Positions 1-9,560 of a stretch of DNA of 64,000 nucleotides are shown in pieces. The position numbers and the translations under genes are program-made. Origin of the DNA: Acidimicrobiales bacterium (GTDB lineage Bacteria; Actinomycetota; Acidimicrobiia; Acidimicrobiales; Acidimicrobilacustridaceae); NCBI GenBank assembly GCA_046331175.1, contig JAXLRI010000014.1:71287-135286 (forward strand), written 5' to 3'. Every line of letters starts with the position of its first letter. The first letter of the stretch is position 1. The notes under the pieces are model-generated. The model did no database searches and was not told the DNA's origin. It saw only the letters and a list, made by a program, of their open reading frames with translations.

Positions 1-699
1 GATGGCCCGGGTCGAGAACCCGCCAGCGTGGCCGACCATCGTCACCCCCTCCCCCGGGACGGCGCCGTGGCGCTCGAGGAACCGCTCGGCCCCGTCGGGG
101 TCGGCGATGCGGAGGTGGTGGTCCGTGGCGGTGCACAGCTCGTCGCCACGCACCTCGGGGCACCACCCGACCAGGGCCGGCGAGCGGCGCCGCAGCGCGC
201 CCCGGCGACCCGAGGCGTCGACGAACAGCGCCGCCTCGACGTGCAGTCGGCGTCGAGGACGATCGGGGGCGGCGACCTCGACGTCGACGGCCACGATGCG
301 GTCACCGTCGAGGACGACGGCCGTGCTCTCCAGGTGGTCGACCAGATCGACGCCCGCATCGAGCGCGAGGGATCGCAGGCGACCACCGAGGCGGCCCATG
401 TCGGCCCGCACCACCGGCGAGTCGCGCACCGTCACCCCGTTGGCGCCGTCGGGCCCGACGAGGTGCACGACCGACGCGCTCGGCGCTCGCTCGGGGGGCA
501 CGGACGGCTCGACCCCGGCCGCCTCCAGCTGCCAGTCGAGGATGCCGTTGTGCCACTGGGCGCCGCCGGCTTCGGCGGCGCGCCGCTCGAGCAGCAGCAC
601 CCGCCGACCCCGTCGGGCCAGCTGGAAGGCGGCGTTGGCCCCGGCCGTCCCCGCGCCGAGCACGGCCACGTCGACCGCCACGCGCTCCTCCCCCGGCAT
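1..699 (-). CDS. FAD-dependent oxidoreductase (geranylgeranyl-reductase-like); 3' end runs off the window
   Basis: My own minus-strand translation from the ATG (complement of 697-699) gives MPGEERVAVDVAVLGAGTAGANAAFQLARRGRRVLLLER..., a GxGxxG Rossmann start. The frame stays open to base 1. It is absent from the ORF track because no stop lies in the window. Plus ORF 28..1035 looks like its antisense shadow. Confidence 0.7.
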   Translation of the reverse strand, partial: MPGEERVAVDVAVLGAGTAGANAAFQLARRGRRVLLLERRAAEAGGAQWHNGILDWQLEAAGVEPSVPPERAPSASVVHLVGPDGANGVTVRDSPVVRADMGRLGGRLRSLALDAGVDLVDHLESTAVVLDGDRIVAVDVEVAAPDRPRRRLHVEAALFVDASGRRGALRRRSPALVGWCPEVRGDELCTATDHHLRIADPDGAERFLERHGAVPGEGVTMVGHAGGFSTRAI

Positions 700-728
700 G
701 GCCGAGCACCGTACCGGGCGACCGGGGG

Positions 729-1211
729 TCAGTCCGAGGCGGCGGCGGCCGCCTGCTCGCCCAGGGCGGCGAGGTTGACCTGCCACCACTCGGCCAGGCG
801 CTGCTGGAACGGCAGCAGCGGGAACCCGTGGCGGGCCACGTGCTCGGCCGGGATGGCGTCCCACCCGTGGTGCTCGACCACGACGCGCGTGCCGCCGTCG
901 ACCGGCTCGAAGGCGACGTGGACCTCGGTCTCCTGGTCTGCGCTGAACGACGTGGGGCACCAGGTGAGCACCAGCCGCTCGGGTGGCTGCCAGACGCGCA
1001 GTCGACCGACCTCGGCGACCTTGCCGTCGGCGTAGGTCACGAGGAGGCGGCCGTCGTCGCCCGGTTCCAGCGACATCCGCCCGCCGCGCCGCCGGGTCGG
1101 TTGGAACAGCGGGTCGTCGCGCCACCACTGGCCGATCTCGGCGGTGAACGCCTCGAACACGCGGGCCGGCGTGGCGTCGATGCGGAGGGCGACGAGGACG
1201 CGGGAGCTCAC
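729..1211 (-). CDS. SRPBCC / AHSA1-like domain protein
   Basis: This is the tail of ORF 729..1283: RIDATPARVFEAFTAEIGQWWRDD...VVEHHGWD. A GTG start at 1211 overlaps the upstream ArsR stop (GTGA). Confidence 0.8.
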   Translation of the reverse strand: MSSRVLVALRIDATPARVFEAFTAEIGQWWRDDPLFQPTRRRGGRMSLEPGDDGRLLVTYADGKVAEVGRLRVWQPPERLVLTWCPTSFSADQETEVHVAFEPVDGGTRVVVEHHGWDAIPAEHVARHGFPLLPFQQRLAEWWQVNLAALGEQAAAAASD

Positions 1212-1591
1212 GCCTCGCCCTCGACGTGGGCCTTGAGGGCGGCCAGCTGGTCGGCCCAGCCCTGCTCGACGGCGTCGAGCCACGAGCGCAGCCCGGCGGT
1301 CGCACCGGCCCGCAGCGAGTAGATGCGGACGCGGGTGTCGAAGGTGGGGCTGGACTCCTCGACCACGCCGCTGTCACGCAGCACCTTCAGGTGCCGGCTC
1401 ATGACCGACGGGCTGACCTCGAGCTCCTCGGCCAGCTCGCCGGCGCGGCGCGGCCGCTCGCGCAGCAGCTCGACCACCCGCCGGCGAGGCGGCGCGGCGA
1501 GGGCGGCCAGCGTGCGGTCGAGCTGGTCGTCCCGGGCCGATCCGGCGCCGCCGGCGGGGTCCGGCTGGGGGGCTGCGGCCGCCGCGCTCAT
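1208..1591 (-). CDS. ArsR/SmtB-family transcriptional regulator
   Basis: ORF 1208..1591 carries a winged HTH: LAAPPRRRVVELLRERPRRAGELAEELEVSPSVMSRHLKVLRDSGVV. Confidence 0.85.
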   Translation of the reverse strand: MSAAAAAPQPDPAGGAGSARDDQLDRTLAALAAPPRRRVVELLRERPRRAGELAEELEVSPSVMSRHLKVLRDSGVVEESSPTFDTRVRIYSLRAGATAGLRSWLDAVEQGWADQLAALKAHVEGEA

Positions 1592-2079
1592 GCCCAGGTG
1601 GTCGACTCGATCTTCTGGCCGATGGCGGCCTCGGCCTCGGCCCGGGTGACGTCGCGGACGTGGGCGGCGAACGACCAGACGTGGCCCTCGGGGTCGGCGG
1701 CGCGGTACGTGCGATCGCCGTAGAACTGGTCGGACGGCTCGGCGAGGATGACCGCGCCGGCGGCCCGCGCCCGCTCGCAGTGGGCGTCGATGTCACCGTT
1801 GACGTCGACGTGGGTGTTCTGGGTGTTGACGCCGCCGACGTCGGCCGGGCTGCGCGTCCAGTCGGCCCAGGTGCCGCCGACCATGATCCGGCCGCCGCCG
1901 TCGAGGCCCATCTCGTAGTGGCACTGGTCGGGGGCGTCGTCGGGGCCCTCGATGGCCATCGTGACCTCGAAGCCGAAGGCCCGGGCCAGCCAGTCGAGGG
2001 CGGCCTTGGGGTCGCGGTAGGTGAGGGACGGGGTGAAGACCGGGCTCGTCGAGGCGGCCGGGCTGGTCGGGCTGCTCAT
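1588..2079 (-). CDS. VOC (glyoxalase/bleomycin-resistance, PhnB-like) family protein
   Basis: ORF 1588..2079 has normal protein composition. Its stop overlaps the ArsR start, and it is the first gene of a 3-gene minus-strand operon. Confidence 0.85.
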   Translation of the reverse strand: MSSPTSPAASTSPVFTPSLTYRDPKAALDWLARAFGFEVTMAIEGPDDAPDQCHYEMGLDGGGRIMVGGTWADWTRSPADVGGVNTQNTHVDVNGDIDAHCERARAAGAVILAEPSDQFYGDRTYRAADPEGHVWSFAAHVRDVTRAEAEAAIGQKIESTTWA

Positions 2080-2109
2080 GGTGTCGCTCCTCTCGCAGAT
2101 GCAGAAACA

Positions 2110-2127
2110 CTTTCCTATTTTGGAAAG
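2110..2127. promoter_or_regulatory. Palindrome CTTTCC-N6-GGAAAG, candidate ArsR operator
   Basis: It lies in an AT-richer patch 30-50 bp upstream of the VOC-ArsR-SRPBCC operon start (2079). A TTGACA on the minus strand (complement of 2132-2137) sits directly upstream of it. Confidence 0.45.
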
Positions 2128-2197
2128 GATCTGTCAACCGGCTCCCGGCGCTCCCCGGTCCGGCGTCGCGCGCCTCCTACCCAACCGGCAGTCCCGC

Positions 2198-2599
2198 TCA
2201 GCGCTCGTGGAGGGCGAACAGCGCGGCGGTCAGGTCGTCGAGCTCGGACCGGTTGCGGACCGCCGCCCGCTCGACGGCGGCCCGCCCCGCCGGGGCGAGG
2301 GCGACCAGCTGGCGGCGGCTGTCGGCCGGGTCGGGGTGGAGGGTCACGAGGCCGTGCTGCTCGGCCCGGCGAGCCAGCTCGAGGGTGGAGTTGGGGCGCA
2401 GCTCGAGGTGCTCGGCCAGCGAGCCCACCGACGGTGCGTCGTCGGCCGACCACCCGCGCACCGCCAGGAGCAGCTCGTACTGCGCCCGGGTGAGACCCGC
2501 CTCGGCGGCGTTGCGATCGGCTCGGCGGACGAAGCGGCGCAGCTCGAACCGGAAGCGGGCCTGGGCCTGCAGCTCGGCGTCGCTGAGGCGCGCGCTCAC
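2198..2599 (-). CDS. MarR-family transcriptional regulator
   Basis: This is the C-terminal 133 aa of ORF 2198..3697: LTRAQYELLLAVRGW...SLAEHLELRPNSTLELARRAEQHGLV. A GTG start at 2599 overlaps the ClC stop (GTGA). The upstream part of that ORF is an Arg-rich out-of-frame artefact. Confidence 0.85.
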   Translation of the reverse strand: MSARLSDAELQAQARFRFELRRFVRRADRNAAEAGLTRAQYELLLAVRGWSADDAPSVGSLAEHLELRPNSTLELARRAEQHGLVTLHPDPADSRRQLVALAPAGRAAVERAAVRNRSELDDLTAALFALHER

Positions 2600-3846
2600 G
2601 GCTCGACCGAGGCCCGCGGCCGCTGCGACTCGATCAGGCCGATCGAGCGGGTGACGAGCAGGGCGACGACGGCGGCGAGGATCGTCGTGGGCAGCACGGT
2701 GAGGCCGGTCATCTCGGTCACGACCAGGGCCGAGCCGAGCGGCGTCTTCGTCACGCCGACGCTGGCCGCCACCGCGCACGCCGACACGACGACGGCGGCG
2801 TTGGCCGACGGCATGACCTGGTGGAAGGCCTGGCCGAGGGCGAGCCCCATGAAGAACAGCGGGATCACGAACCCTCCCTTCCATCCGGTCCCGATGGCGA
2901 CCGACGTGCCGGCCAGCTTGGCCACCACCGCGACCACGAGGGCGCCGACGGCGAGCGTGCCCCCGGCCACCAGCGGGACCTGCTCGTGGCCGAAGGTCAG
3001 GGCGAACGGCGACCAGGCCGCCAGGCCGACGAGCGCCACCGCCCCGAGCAGCGGCCGCACGGGCTTCGGCACCGGGGCGAGCACCCGCCGCAGCACCGCC
3101 TGGAGCCCCACGAACGCGGCGGCGAGCGCAGCCCCCGCCAGGGCGGCGAGCACGGTCCAGCCCATGTCGCCCAGCGTGAGCGACGAGACGGAGGGCAGCG
3201 GCCACTCGGGCGCCAGGCCGGTGCGGGTGAGGGCGACGAACACGCCGTAGCCGCACAGCGACCCGACCAGGGCCGGCACCAGCGCCTCGTAGTACTGCAG
3301 GCCACGCCGGTGCAGGATCTCGAGGGCGAACAGCGCACCACCGAGCGGGGCGCCGAACAGCACCGTGAACCCCGCCGCCATGCCCGTGATGGTCAGGACC
3401 CGCAGCTCGTCGGTGCCGACCCCCAGGCGACGGGCGATGACCGAGCCGAGGGTGCCGGTGGTCTGCACCAGCGGGGCCTCGGGCCCGACCGGCGCCCCCG
3501 AGGCGATCGACACCAGCGACAGCGGGAGGAGCGGCACGGTCGACCGGGCGGTCTCGGCGCCGCCGAGGACGTGGATGTTGTCGACGAGCAGCTCGACGTC
3601 GCCGACGGGGTGAGCGACCTTGGCGGCCACCGCCAGGATCGCCCCGGCACCGAGCAGCACGAGCGCCTGGAGGCCCAGCGAGTGCTCGTCGGACCACACG
3701 AGGTCGCTCAGGAGGCGCAGCGCCACCACGTAGGCGGCGCCGGCCAGGCCGCCGACCACGCCGACGACGGCGACCGGCACCAGTCGATGGGACCCGACGA
3801 CAGTGGCCCAGGCCGTCTTGATGGCGGACTCGAGCGATCGCTTCAC
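2596..3846 (-). CDS. ClC-family voltage-gated chloride channel / H+-Cl- antiporter
   Basis: ORF 2596..3846 (416 aa) is polytopic. It has GAPVGPEAP (compare the ClC GKEGP motif) and GGFVIPLFF (compare GxFxP). Confidence 0.9.
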   Translation of the reverse strand: MKRSLESAIKTAWATVVGSHRLVPVAVVGVVGGLAGAAYVVALRLLSDLVWSDEHSLGLQALVLLGAGAILAVAAKVAHPVGDVELLVDNIHVLGGAETARSTVPLLPLSLVSIASGAPVGPEAPLVQTTGTLGSVIARRLGVGTDELRVLTITGMAAGFTVLFGAPLGGALFALEILHRRGLQYYEALVPALVGSLCGYGVFVALTRTGLAPEWPLPSVSSLTLGDMGWTVLAALAGAALAAAFVGLQAVLRRVLAPVPKPVRPLLGAVALVGLAAWSPFALTFGHEQVPLVAGGTLAVGALVVAVVAKLAGTSVAIGTGWKGGFVIPLFFMGLALGQAFHQVMPSANAAVVVSACAVAASVGVTKTPLGSALVVTEMTGLTVLPTTILAAVVALLVTRSIGLIESQRPRASVEP

Positions 3847-3851
3847 GGATT

Positions 3852-3868
3852 ACATCGTACTACGATGT
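3852..3868. promoter_or_regulatory. Perfect 17-bp palindrome ACATCGTA-C-TACGATGT in a divergent promoter region
   Basis: It lies in an AT-richer gap between the ClC start (3846, minus) and the AraC-type gene (3932, plus). Confidence 0.45.
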
Positions 3869-3931
3869 TTTGTCGGATCCCCAACCCGGCGGTCCGCCGA
3901 CCGGCCTCCGTGGCGCGCGTGGGAGGCTGCG

Positions 3932-4363
3932 GTGGTGACCCACCCGCTGCGGCACCTGCTGCGAGCGCGCGACCTGGCCGATCGCCGGTACGCCGAGCCG
4001 CTGACCGTCGCCGACCTCGCCAGCGCCGCCGGGCTCTCACCGGCCCACTTCAGCCGCGAGTTCCGGCGGGCGTTCGGCGAGCCGCCCCACCGCTACCTCC
4101 TGACCCGCCGCCTCGAGCGGGCGGCGGCGCTGCTGCGCGACACCGATCGACCGGTGACCGAGATCTGCTTCGCGGTCGGCCTCTCCAGCGTCGGCTCGTT
4201 CACCACCAGCTTCCGGCGCGTGCACGGGGTGACACCGACGGCCTACCGGGCCTCGCTCCCGCCGGCCCGTCGCCTGGTCCGGATCCCGGCCTGCGTCGCC
4301 GCCGCCCACGGGCGCCCCCAGAACCGCACGTTTCGAGAAGTCGCCGGCGAGGCCGCCTCGTAG
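3932..4363 (+). CDS. AraC-family HTH transcriptional regulator (DNA-binding domain only)
   Basis: ORF 3803..4363 contains LTVADLASAAGLSPAHFSREFRRAFGEPPHRYLLTRRLERAAALL. I place the start at GTG 3932, 5 nt after GGGAGG. Confidence 0.8.
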   Translation: MVTHPLRHLLRARDLADRRYAEPLTVADLASAAGLSPAHFSREFRRAFGEPPHRYLLTRRLERAAALLRDTDRPVTEICFAVGLSSVGSFTTSFRRVHGVTPTAYRASLPPARRLVRIPACVAAAHGRPQNRTFREVAGEAAS

Positions 4364-4392
4364 CGTCGAGGGCGAACCAGGAGGTCCGCCCG

Positions 4393-4827
4393 ATGATCCG
4401 CATCGCCAACGCCCAGTTCTGGGTCCACGACCAGGACGAGTCGCTCGCCTTCTACACCCGGGTGCTCGGGTGGGAGGTCCGCTCCGACGTGACCATGCCC
4501 GAGTGGCACTTCCGCTGGCTGGTGGTCGGGCCACCCGGCCAGGACGACGTCGGGCTGGTCCTCATGCAGGTCCCCGGGCCTCCCCTGCTCGACGAGGACA
4601 CCAGCGCCCAGCTGGCGGCCATCGTCGCCAAGGGGGCCGGCGGCACGTTGTTCCTGGAGACCGACGACTGCCAGGCCGCCTACGACGAGCTGTCGGCGCG
4701 GGGCGTCGAGTTCAACGACCCGCCCACCGAGCAGCCCTACGGCATCGACACGTCGTTCCGCGACCCGTCCGGCAACAACGTGCGGCTCACCCAGGTCCTG
4801 CCCTTCGCCCCCGAGCGCGGCGGCTGA
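4393..4827 (+). CDS. VOC (glyoxalase) family protein
   Basis: This is the tail of ORF 2821..4827: MIRIANAQFWVHDQDESLAFYTRVLGWEV...FRDPSGNNVRLTQ. AGGAGG precedes the ATG at 4393. Confidence 0.85.
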   Translation: MIRIANAQFWVHDQDESLAFYTRVLGWEVRSDVTMPEWHFRWLVVGPPGQDDVGLVLMQVPGPPLLDEDTSAQLAAIVAKGAGGTLFLETDDCQAAYDELSARGVEFNDPPTEQPYGIDTSFRDPSGNNVRLTQVLPFAPERGG

Positions 4828-4845
4828 GCGGACCGGCGGCGGCGC

Positions 4846-5352
4846 TCAGGCCGATGCCTTGGCGACGATCGCCTCCTCCGCCTGGATGCGGGCGATGCGC
4901 ACCACGTCGGCGAGGTCGTCGAGGGCGAAGAACCGGTGGTTCTGGGCGTAGACCGACACGAGCCCGTCCCAGCCACCGCCGCCGACCACCACCGAGCTGC
5001 ACCGCTTCGGGTTGCTGCGCTTGGCCCCGAGGTGGCCGAGGATCAGCAGCGCCGTCGGCGCCCGCGAGCCCTCGGGGATCCACACCACGACCACGTCGGC
5101 GTCGTAGGCGTGCTGGCACTGCCACTCGTAGGCACCCCGCTGGCCGGGCGAGCCCTGCTCGAGGAGCGCCCACCGCTCGTTGCGCGGGTCGATGATCGTG
5201 ATGTCGAGGTCGTTGCACGCCTCGATGACCTGGTCGCGCCACGACGGGCCGTCGACCTCGTCGTCGTCGAAGGGGCCGGCCAGGTAGAGGGTCGGGGTGA
5301 CCTTCCTCTGCTTGGCCGCCAGGTGGTTCGGGGCGCGCAGGATCGTCGCCAT
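4846..5352 (-). CDS. Nucleoside 2-deoxyribosyltransferase-like domain protein
   Basis: ORF 4846..5352 has the LYLAGPF motif near the N-terminus and normal composition. Confidence 0.65.
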   Translation of the reverse strand: MATILRAPNHLAAKQRKVTPTLYLAGPFDDDEVDGPSWRDQVIEACNDLDITIIDPRNERWALLEQGSPGQRGAYEWQCQHAYDADVVVVWIPEGSRAPTALLILGHLGAKRSNPKRCSSVVVGGGGWDGLVSVYAQNHRFFALDDLADVVRIARIQAEEAIVAKASA

Positions 5353-5368
5353 GGCCCGCGCCGCCCGC

Positions 5369-5827
5369 TCAGCCCTCGACGGCGGCGGCGAGCCGCTCGA
5401 GCGTGAGGCCCATGGTCGAGCGGTTCCGGCCGTCGCGGTCCTCGATGCCCGAGGTCTGCTTGGAGAACTCGAGCACGCTGTCGGGGCGCAGGTCGTCGGT
5501 CCACTCGGTCACCCGGCAGCCGGAGTCGGTGGCCTCGATGCGATAGCCCCAGGTCGAGTAGTGGAACTCCATCATCGAGCACTCGAAGGCGAACGCCTTG
5601 CCCGGGTCGGCCTCGATGACCTTGCCCTGGCTGGTCCACTCGTGCTCGCCGTTGCGGTTGTGCCCGTCGAAGGTGGCGCCCACCGCCGGGCCGTCGACGC
5701 CCTCGTGCCACTCGCAGGCGTAGCACTCCTCGGACCACTCCCCCATGCGGGTCACGTCGGCGATGGCGGCGTAGACCACCTCGGGGGGAGCAGCGATGTC
5801 GCGGGAGATCTCGATCCGTTCGGCCAT
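5369..5827 (-). CDS. SRPBCC (polyketide cyclase/dehydrase-like) family protein
   Basis: This is the tail of ORF 5369..6007, starting at MAERIEISRDIAAPPEVVYAAIADVTRMGEW. Confidence 0.8.
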   Translation of the reverse strand: MAERIEISRDIAAPPEVVYAAIADVTRMGEWSEECYACEWHEGVDGPAVGATFDGHNRNGEHEWTSQGKVIEADPGKAFAFECSMMEFHYSTWGYRIEATDSGCRVTEWTDDLRPDSVLEFSKQTSGIEDRDGRNRSTMGLTLERLAAAVEG

Positions 5828-5984
5828 GACCGCGCAGTCCAGCACACCGGCACCGACCGGACGTCGGTCGGCGATGATGGACGCTCGCAGAGACCTCGGG
5901 CAGGGATGTCGAGGATCGGCATCCGGCTCCGTCCCTGGGGTGGATGTGGCCGACCGGCCGCCCGAACCCCACCAGGAGGACCCC

Positions 5985-6392
5985 ATGGCCAAGTACCTGC
6001 TGCTCAAGCACTACCGCGGCGCCCCGGCACCCGAGAACGACGTCCCCATGGACCAGTGGACGCCCGACGAGGTCGAGGCCCACATGCGGTTCATGGGCGA
6101 CTTCGCCAAGCGGCTCGAGGAGGCCGGCGAGCTGGTCGACGCCCAGGCCGTGGCCGCCGACGGGCTGTGGGTCCGCTACGACGGCGAGGGGAGGCCGCCG
6201 GTGACCGACGGCCCGTTCGCCGAGACCAAGGACCTGATCGCCGGCTGGATGGTCATCGACGTGGACAGCCAGGAGCGGGCCATCGAGCTGGCCGGCGAGC
6301 TCTCGGCGGCCCCCGGCGCCGGCGGGCGACCGCTCCACGAGTGGCTCGAGGTCCGGCCCTTCCTGGCCCTGCCGCCGAGCTTCACGGACTGA
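5985..6392 (+). CDS. YciI-family (DGPF) protein
   Basis: The tail of ORF 5796..6392 reads MAKYLLLKHYRG...VTDGPFAETKDLIAGWMVIDV. AGGAGGA precedes the ATG at 5985. Confidence 0.85.
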   Translation: MAKYLLLKHYRGAPAPENDVPMDQWTPDEVEAHMRFMGDFAKRLEEAGELVDAQAVAADGLWVRYDGEGRPPVTDGPFAETKDLIAGWMVIDVDSQERAIELAGELSAAPGAGGRPLHEWLEVRPFLALPPSFTD

Positions 6393-6405
6393 GGCGCGAC
6401 CGGAG

Positions 6406-7569
6406 GTGGACGACGTCGCCGTGCGCGAGCTGGCCCCGCGGGTGCTCGCCGTCCTCGTCCGTCGCGGCGCCGACTTCGCGACGGCCGAGGACGCGGTGCA
6501 GGAGGCGCTCATCCGAGCGCTCGCCCGCGGCGACGACGTCCCCGACGACCTCGAGGCGTGGCTGGTCACCGTGGCCTGGCGCGCGTTCCTCGACATGGCC
6601 CGGTCGGCGGCCTCGCGCCGCGACCGAGAAGCGCGGTTCGATCGGCTCGAGCGGTTCGAGCCCGACCCCACGGCCGCCGCCGTCCCGAGCACCGACGACA
6701 CCCTGCACCTCTACTTCCTGTGCGCTCACCCCGACCTCACCCCGTCGTCGGCGGTGGCGCTCACCCTGCGGGCGGTCGGCGGTCTCACCACCCGCCAGAT
6801 CGCCCAGGCCTACCTCGTGCCGGAGGCGACCATGGCCCAGCGGATCAGCCGGGCCAAGCGCACGGTCGAGCGCGCCGGCCTCGAGCGCACGGGGAGCGTG
6901 AGCACGGTCATGCGCGTGCTCTACCTCGTGTTCAACGAGGGCTACTCGGGTGACGTCGACCTCGCGGCCGAAGCGATCCGCCTGACCCGTGAGCTCGCCG
7001 CCATGACCGACGACCCCGAGGTGGACGGCCTGCTCGCCCTCATGCTGTTGCACCACGCCCGGCGCGCCAGCCGCACCGGGCCCGACGGCGAGCTGATCCC
7101 CCTCGATCGACAGGACCGCCGCCGATGGGACCCCCAGCTCATCGCCGAGGGCATCGCCGTGCTGCAGGCCGCCCTGGCTCGAGACCGCCTCGGCGAGTTC
7201 CAGGCCCAGGCCGCCATCGCCGCGCTCCACGCCGATGCCCCGACCTTCGACGAGACCGACTGGGTGCAGATCGTCGAGTGGTACGACGAGCTGCTCGAGC
7301 TCACCGACACCCCGATCGTGCGGCTCAACCGCGCGGTGGCGGTGGGCCAGGCCGACGGAGCCCTCGCCGGGTTGGCCGCCCTCGCCGAGGTCGACGAGGG
7401 CGTGCCGCGCCGGACCGCCGTCGCCGCCCACCTGCACGAGCGCAACGGCGATCTCGAGCGGGCGGCGCGGCTCTACGCCACCGCGGCCCTCGAGGCGCCG
7501 AACCTCGCCGAGCGCGACCACCAGACCCGCCAGGCGGCCCGGGTCAACCAGCTCCGCCGCGACCGCTGA
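6406..7569 (+). CDS. ECF sigma factor with long C-terminal TPR-like extension (ECF42-type, YciI-associated)
   Basis: ORF 6406..7569 has region 2 (AEDAVQEALIRAL) and region 4 (LTTRQIAQAYLVPEATMAQRISRAKR), then a helical extension of about 200 aa. It lies directly downstream of a YciI gene. Confidence 0.9.
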   Translation: MDDVAVRELAPRVLAVLVRRGADFATAEDAVQEALIRALARGDDVPDDLEAWLVTVAWRAFLDMARSAASRRDREARFDRLERFEPDPTAAAVPSTDDTLHLYFLCAHPDLTPSSAVALTLRAVGGLTTRQIAQAYLVPEATMAQRISRAKRTVERAGLERTGSVSTVMRVLYLVFNEGYSGDVDLAAEAIRLTRELAAMTDDPEVDGLLALMLLHHARRASRTGPDGELIPLDRQDRRRWDPQLIAEGIAVLQAALARDRLGEFQAQAAIAALHADAPTFDETDWVQIVEWYDELLELTDTPIVRLNRAVAVGQADGALAGLAALAEVDEGVPRRTAVAAHLHERNGDLERAARLYATAALEAPNLAERDHQTRQAARVNQLRRDR

Positions 7570-7593
7570 CGAGCCTCACCGCGCGGACCGGCG

Positions 7594-7947
7594 TCAGCCG
7601 GCCCGGTCGGCCCGTGCCTCGAGGGCGCCGCTCACGGCCGGCACGAACAGCGCCAGGCCGACGCCGAACACCGCGGCGCCGAAGAGGCACAGCCACCCCG
7701 TCGCCGTCGCGCCGGCCGCGCTGAGGACGAGGCCCACAAGGGCCACCGTCGCCGCCGCCACGGACCAGCGGACACGGCCGGCGCGTGCCGTCGCGGGGTC
7801 ACCGGACGGGGGCGGGGCGGTCGCCACCGATCGCTCGATGGCGTCGAAGGCCCGCCGCTCGGCCGCGGTCAGCGGGACGACGTCGTGGGATCCGGGTCCC
7901 CAGCGGTGCTGCCCGTCCTCGTCTGACCGCGGCCGCACCTCGGTCAC
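7594..7947 (-). CDS. DUF3040-like small membrane protein
   Basis: The tail of ORF 7594..8343 reads PLTAAERRAFDAIERSV, followed by two TM segments. A GTG start at 7947 overlaps the upstream stop (GTGA). Confidence 0.5.
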   Translation of the reverse strand: MTEVRPRSDEDGQHRWGPGSHDVVPLTAAERRAFDAIERSVATAPPPSGDPATARAGRVRWSVAAATVALVGLVLSAAGATATGWLCLFGAAVFGVGLALFVPAVSGALEARADRAG

Positions 7948-8420
7948 CAGCTGGTGGGGGCGACGACCCGCCGGACCGGGCGGAGCAGCAGGCCGACCGC
8001 CACCAGCACGCCACCGACGAGCACGGCCATCCAGCCGTGGCGATCGATCACGACGAGGCGACCGGTCGAGGGACCGGCGAGGAAGACGGCGATCCCGAGG
8101 CAGATCAGGATCGCCCCGACCACCAGCTTGGACTCGCGGTCCCAGCTCGCCCCGGCCACCAGGGCGAACAGGCCGGCGACGACCGTCGCCAGCGCCACGC
8201 CGACGGTGAAGGGCATGCCGGCCACCTCGACCGGCGGCGCATCGAAGCCCTGACCCCAGTCGAGGCGGACCACGGCGATCAGGCCGATGATGAACGGGAC
8301 CGCACCGGCGACCCCGCCGATCACGCGCAAGGCGAGGTTCCACGCGTCCCGAGCCTCGGGGCTCGGCCCGTCGTACACGACGTCGTCGGCGACGGGGGGT
8401 CTCGTCGAGATGCGGGCCAT
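7944..8420 (-). CDS. Hypothetical polytopic membrane protein
   Basis: This is ORF 7944..8582 from MARISTRPP. GGGAGGA sits upstream of the ATG at 8420, and there are 4 hydrophobic segments. Confidence 0.6.
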   Translation of the reverse strand: MARISTRPPVADDVVYDGPSPEARDAWNLALRVIGGVAGAVPFIIGLIAVVRLDWGQGFDAPPVEVAGMPFTVGVALATVVAGLFALVAGASWDRESKLVVGAILICLGIAVFLAGPSTGRLVVIDRHGWMAVLVGGVLVAVGLLLRPVRRVVAPTSW

Positions 8421-8578
8421 GGCGGTTCCTCCCGGTGGTCGGTGCTCGGTGCGCCGGGCCGGTGCCGTCCAGGGATCTGCACCGGACGGCACCGGCGGTT
8501 CGGCGACTGGCTCGTCGCGTACCCGCGCGCCGTGCCGGTCAGACCACGCGCTGCCCCGCGGGCCGACCTCCGGGCCCC

Positions 8579-9142
8579 TCACGGGCGACGCGTCCGCAGG
8601 GGGACGAGCACCCAGAGCACGGCCAGGAGCACAGCGGTGGCCGTGGTGAGCGCGAGCGCCACCGCGCCGCCGGCGACCATGCGGACGATGACGGCCTCGG
8701 CGGTCAGCAACGACAGGCCCAGCAGCACGATGCCGACGCGCGTCACGACGATGGCGTCCGCCAACCGGCGCCGGCGCGCCTGACGTCGACCGAACCGGTG
8801 GACGGCCGTCGGCGTCACGAAGAAGACGACGGCGGACATCCCGCTCAGGAGGGCAGCGAGGTACAGCGTGGTCCCCAGCCGGTCCAGCTCGCCGAACCGG
8901 TTGGCGAACGGCGCGGTGAGCAGGAAGGCCACCAGCACCTGCGCGCCGGGCAGCAGCACCCGCAGCTCCTGCATCAGGCCGTAGTAGCGGCGCCGGAGCT
9001 CCTCGCGATCGGCGTGGTCGTCGAGGTCGCCGCTCGACCGGTCGTCGTCGTGCCGGTCGTCGACGTGCCGGTCGTCGACGTGCCCGTCGTCGACCTGCGG
9101 ATCGTGGAGCCCGCCGGGCCAGGCGAGGGATCGCTCGGTCAC
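8579..9142 (-). CDS. DUF6328-family membrane protein
   Basis: ORF 8579..9142 contains YYGLMQELRVLLPGAQVLVAFLLTAPF followed by TM helices. The N-terminus is acidic with HVDDR repeats. Confidence 0.75.
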   Translation of the reverse strand: MTERSLAWPGGLHDPQVDDGHVDDRHVDDRHDDDRSSGDLDDHADREELRRRYYGLMQELRVLLPGAQVLVAFLLTAPFANRFGELDRLGTTLYLAALLSGMSAVVFFVTPTAVHRFGRRQARRRRLADAIVVTRVGIVLLGLSLLTAEAVIVRMVAGGAVALALTTATAVLLAVLWVLVPLRTRRP

Positions 9143-9218
9143 CCGGCGGGCCCTACCCAGCCCGGCGGCGGCGAGACGTCACCGGCGCGGTGGGGCCGCC
9201 GCCGGGTAGGTGCCGGCC

Positions 9219-9458
9219 ATGAGCTACGACGACATCCCGCCCCCCGAACCCAAGCCGATCGACGAGACCCGCTCGCTCGAGCTGCGCCAGATGGCCGACC
9301 GGGCCGTGCTCCGCGGTCACCCCATGGGTGAGGAGCGCTGCGACAACTGCCTCTATTACCTCGACGACAGCGCCGACCTGTCGTACTGCTGGCACAGCCA
9401 GCTGCGGATCCTCGTCGGCGCCGAGTGGTGGTGCCAGTGGTGGGAGCGGGCGACCTGA
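9219..9458 (+). CDS. Hypothetical small Cys/Trp-rich protein
   Basis: This is ORF 9210..9458 from MSYDD, containing CDNCLYYLDD...YCWHSQLRILVGAEWWCQWWE. The composition is non-repetitive. Confidence 0.55.
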   Translation: MSYDDIPPPEPKPIDETRSLELRQMADRAVLRGHPMGEERCDNCLYYLDDSADLSYCWHSQLRILVGAEWWCQWWERAT

Positions 9459-9560
9459 GGTGCCGGCCGGCCGACCGGCGGTCTGCTGACGGGCACCCCG
9501 GGGTACGGCCACGCCCGGGGCGGCGTGCAGCACGCCGCCGTCGATCGAAGGGAGACCGCG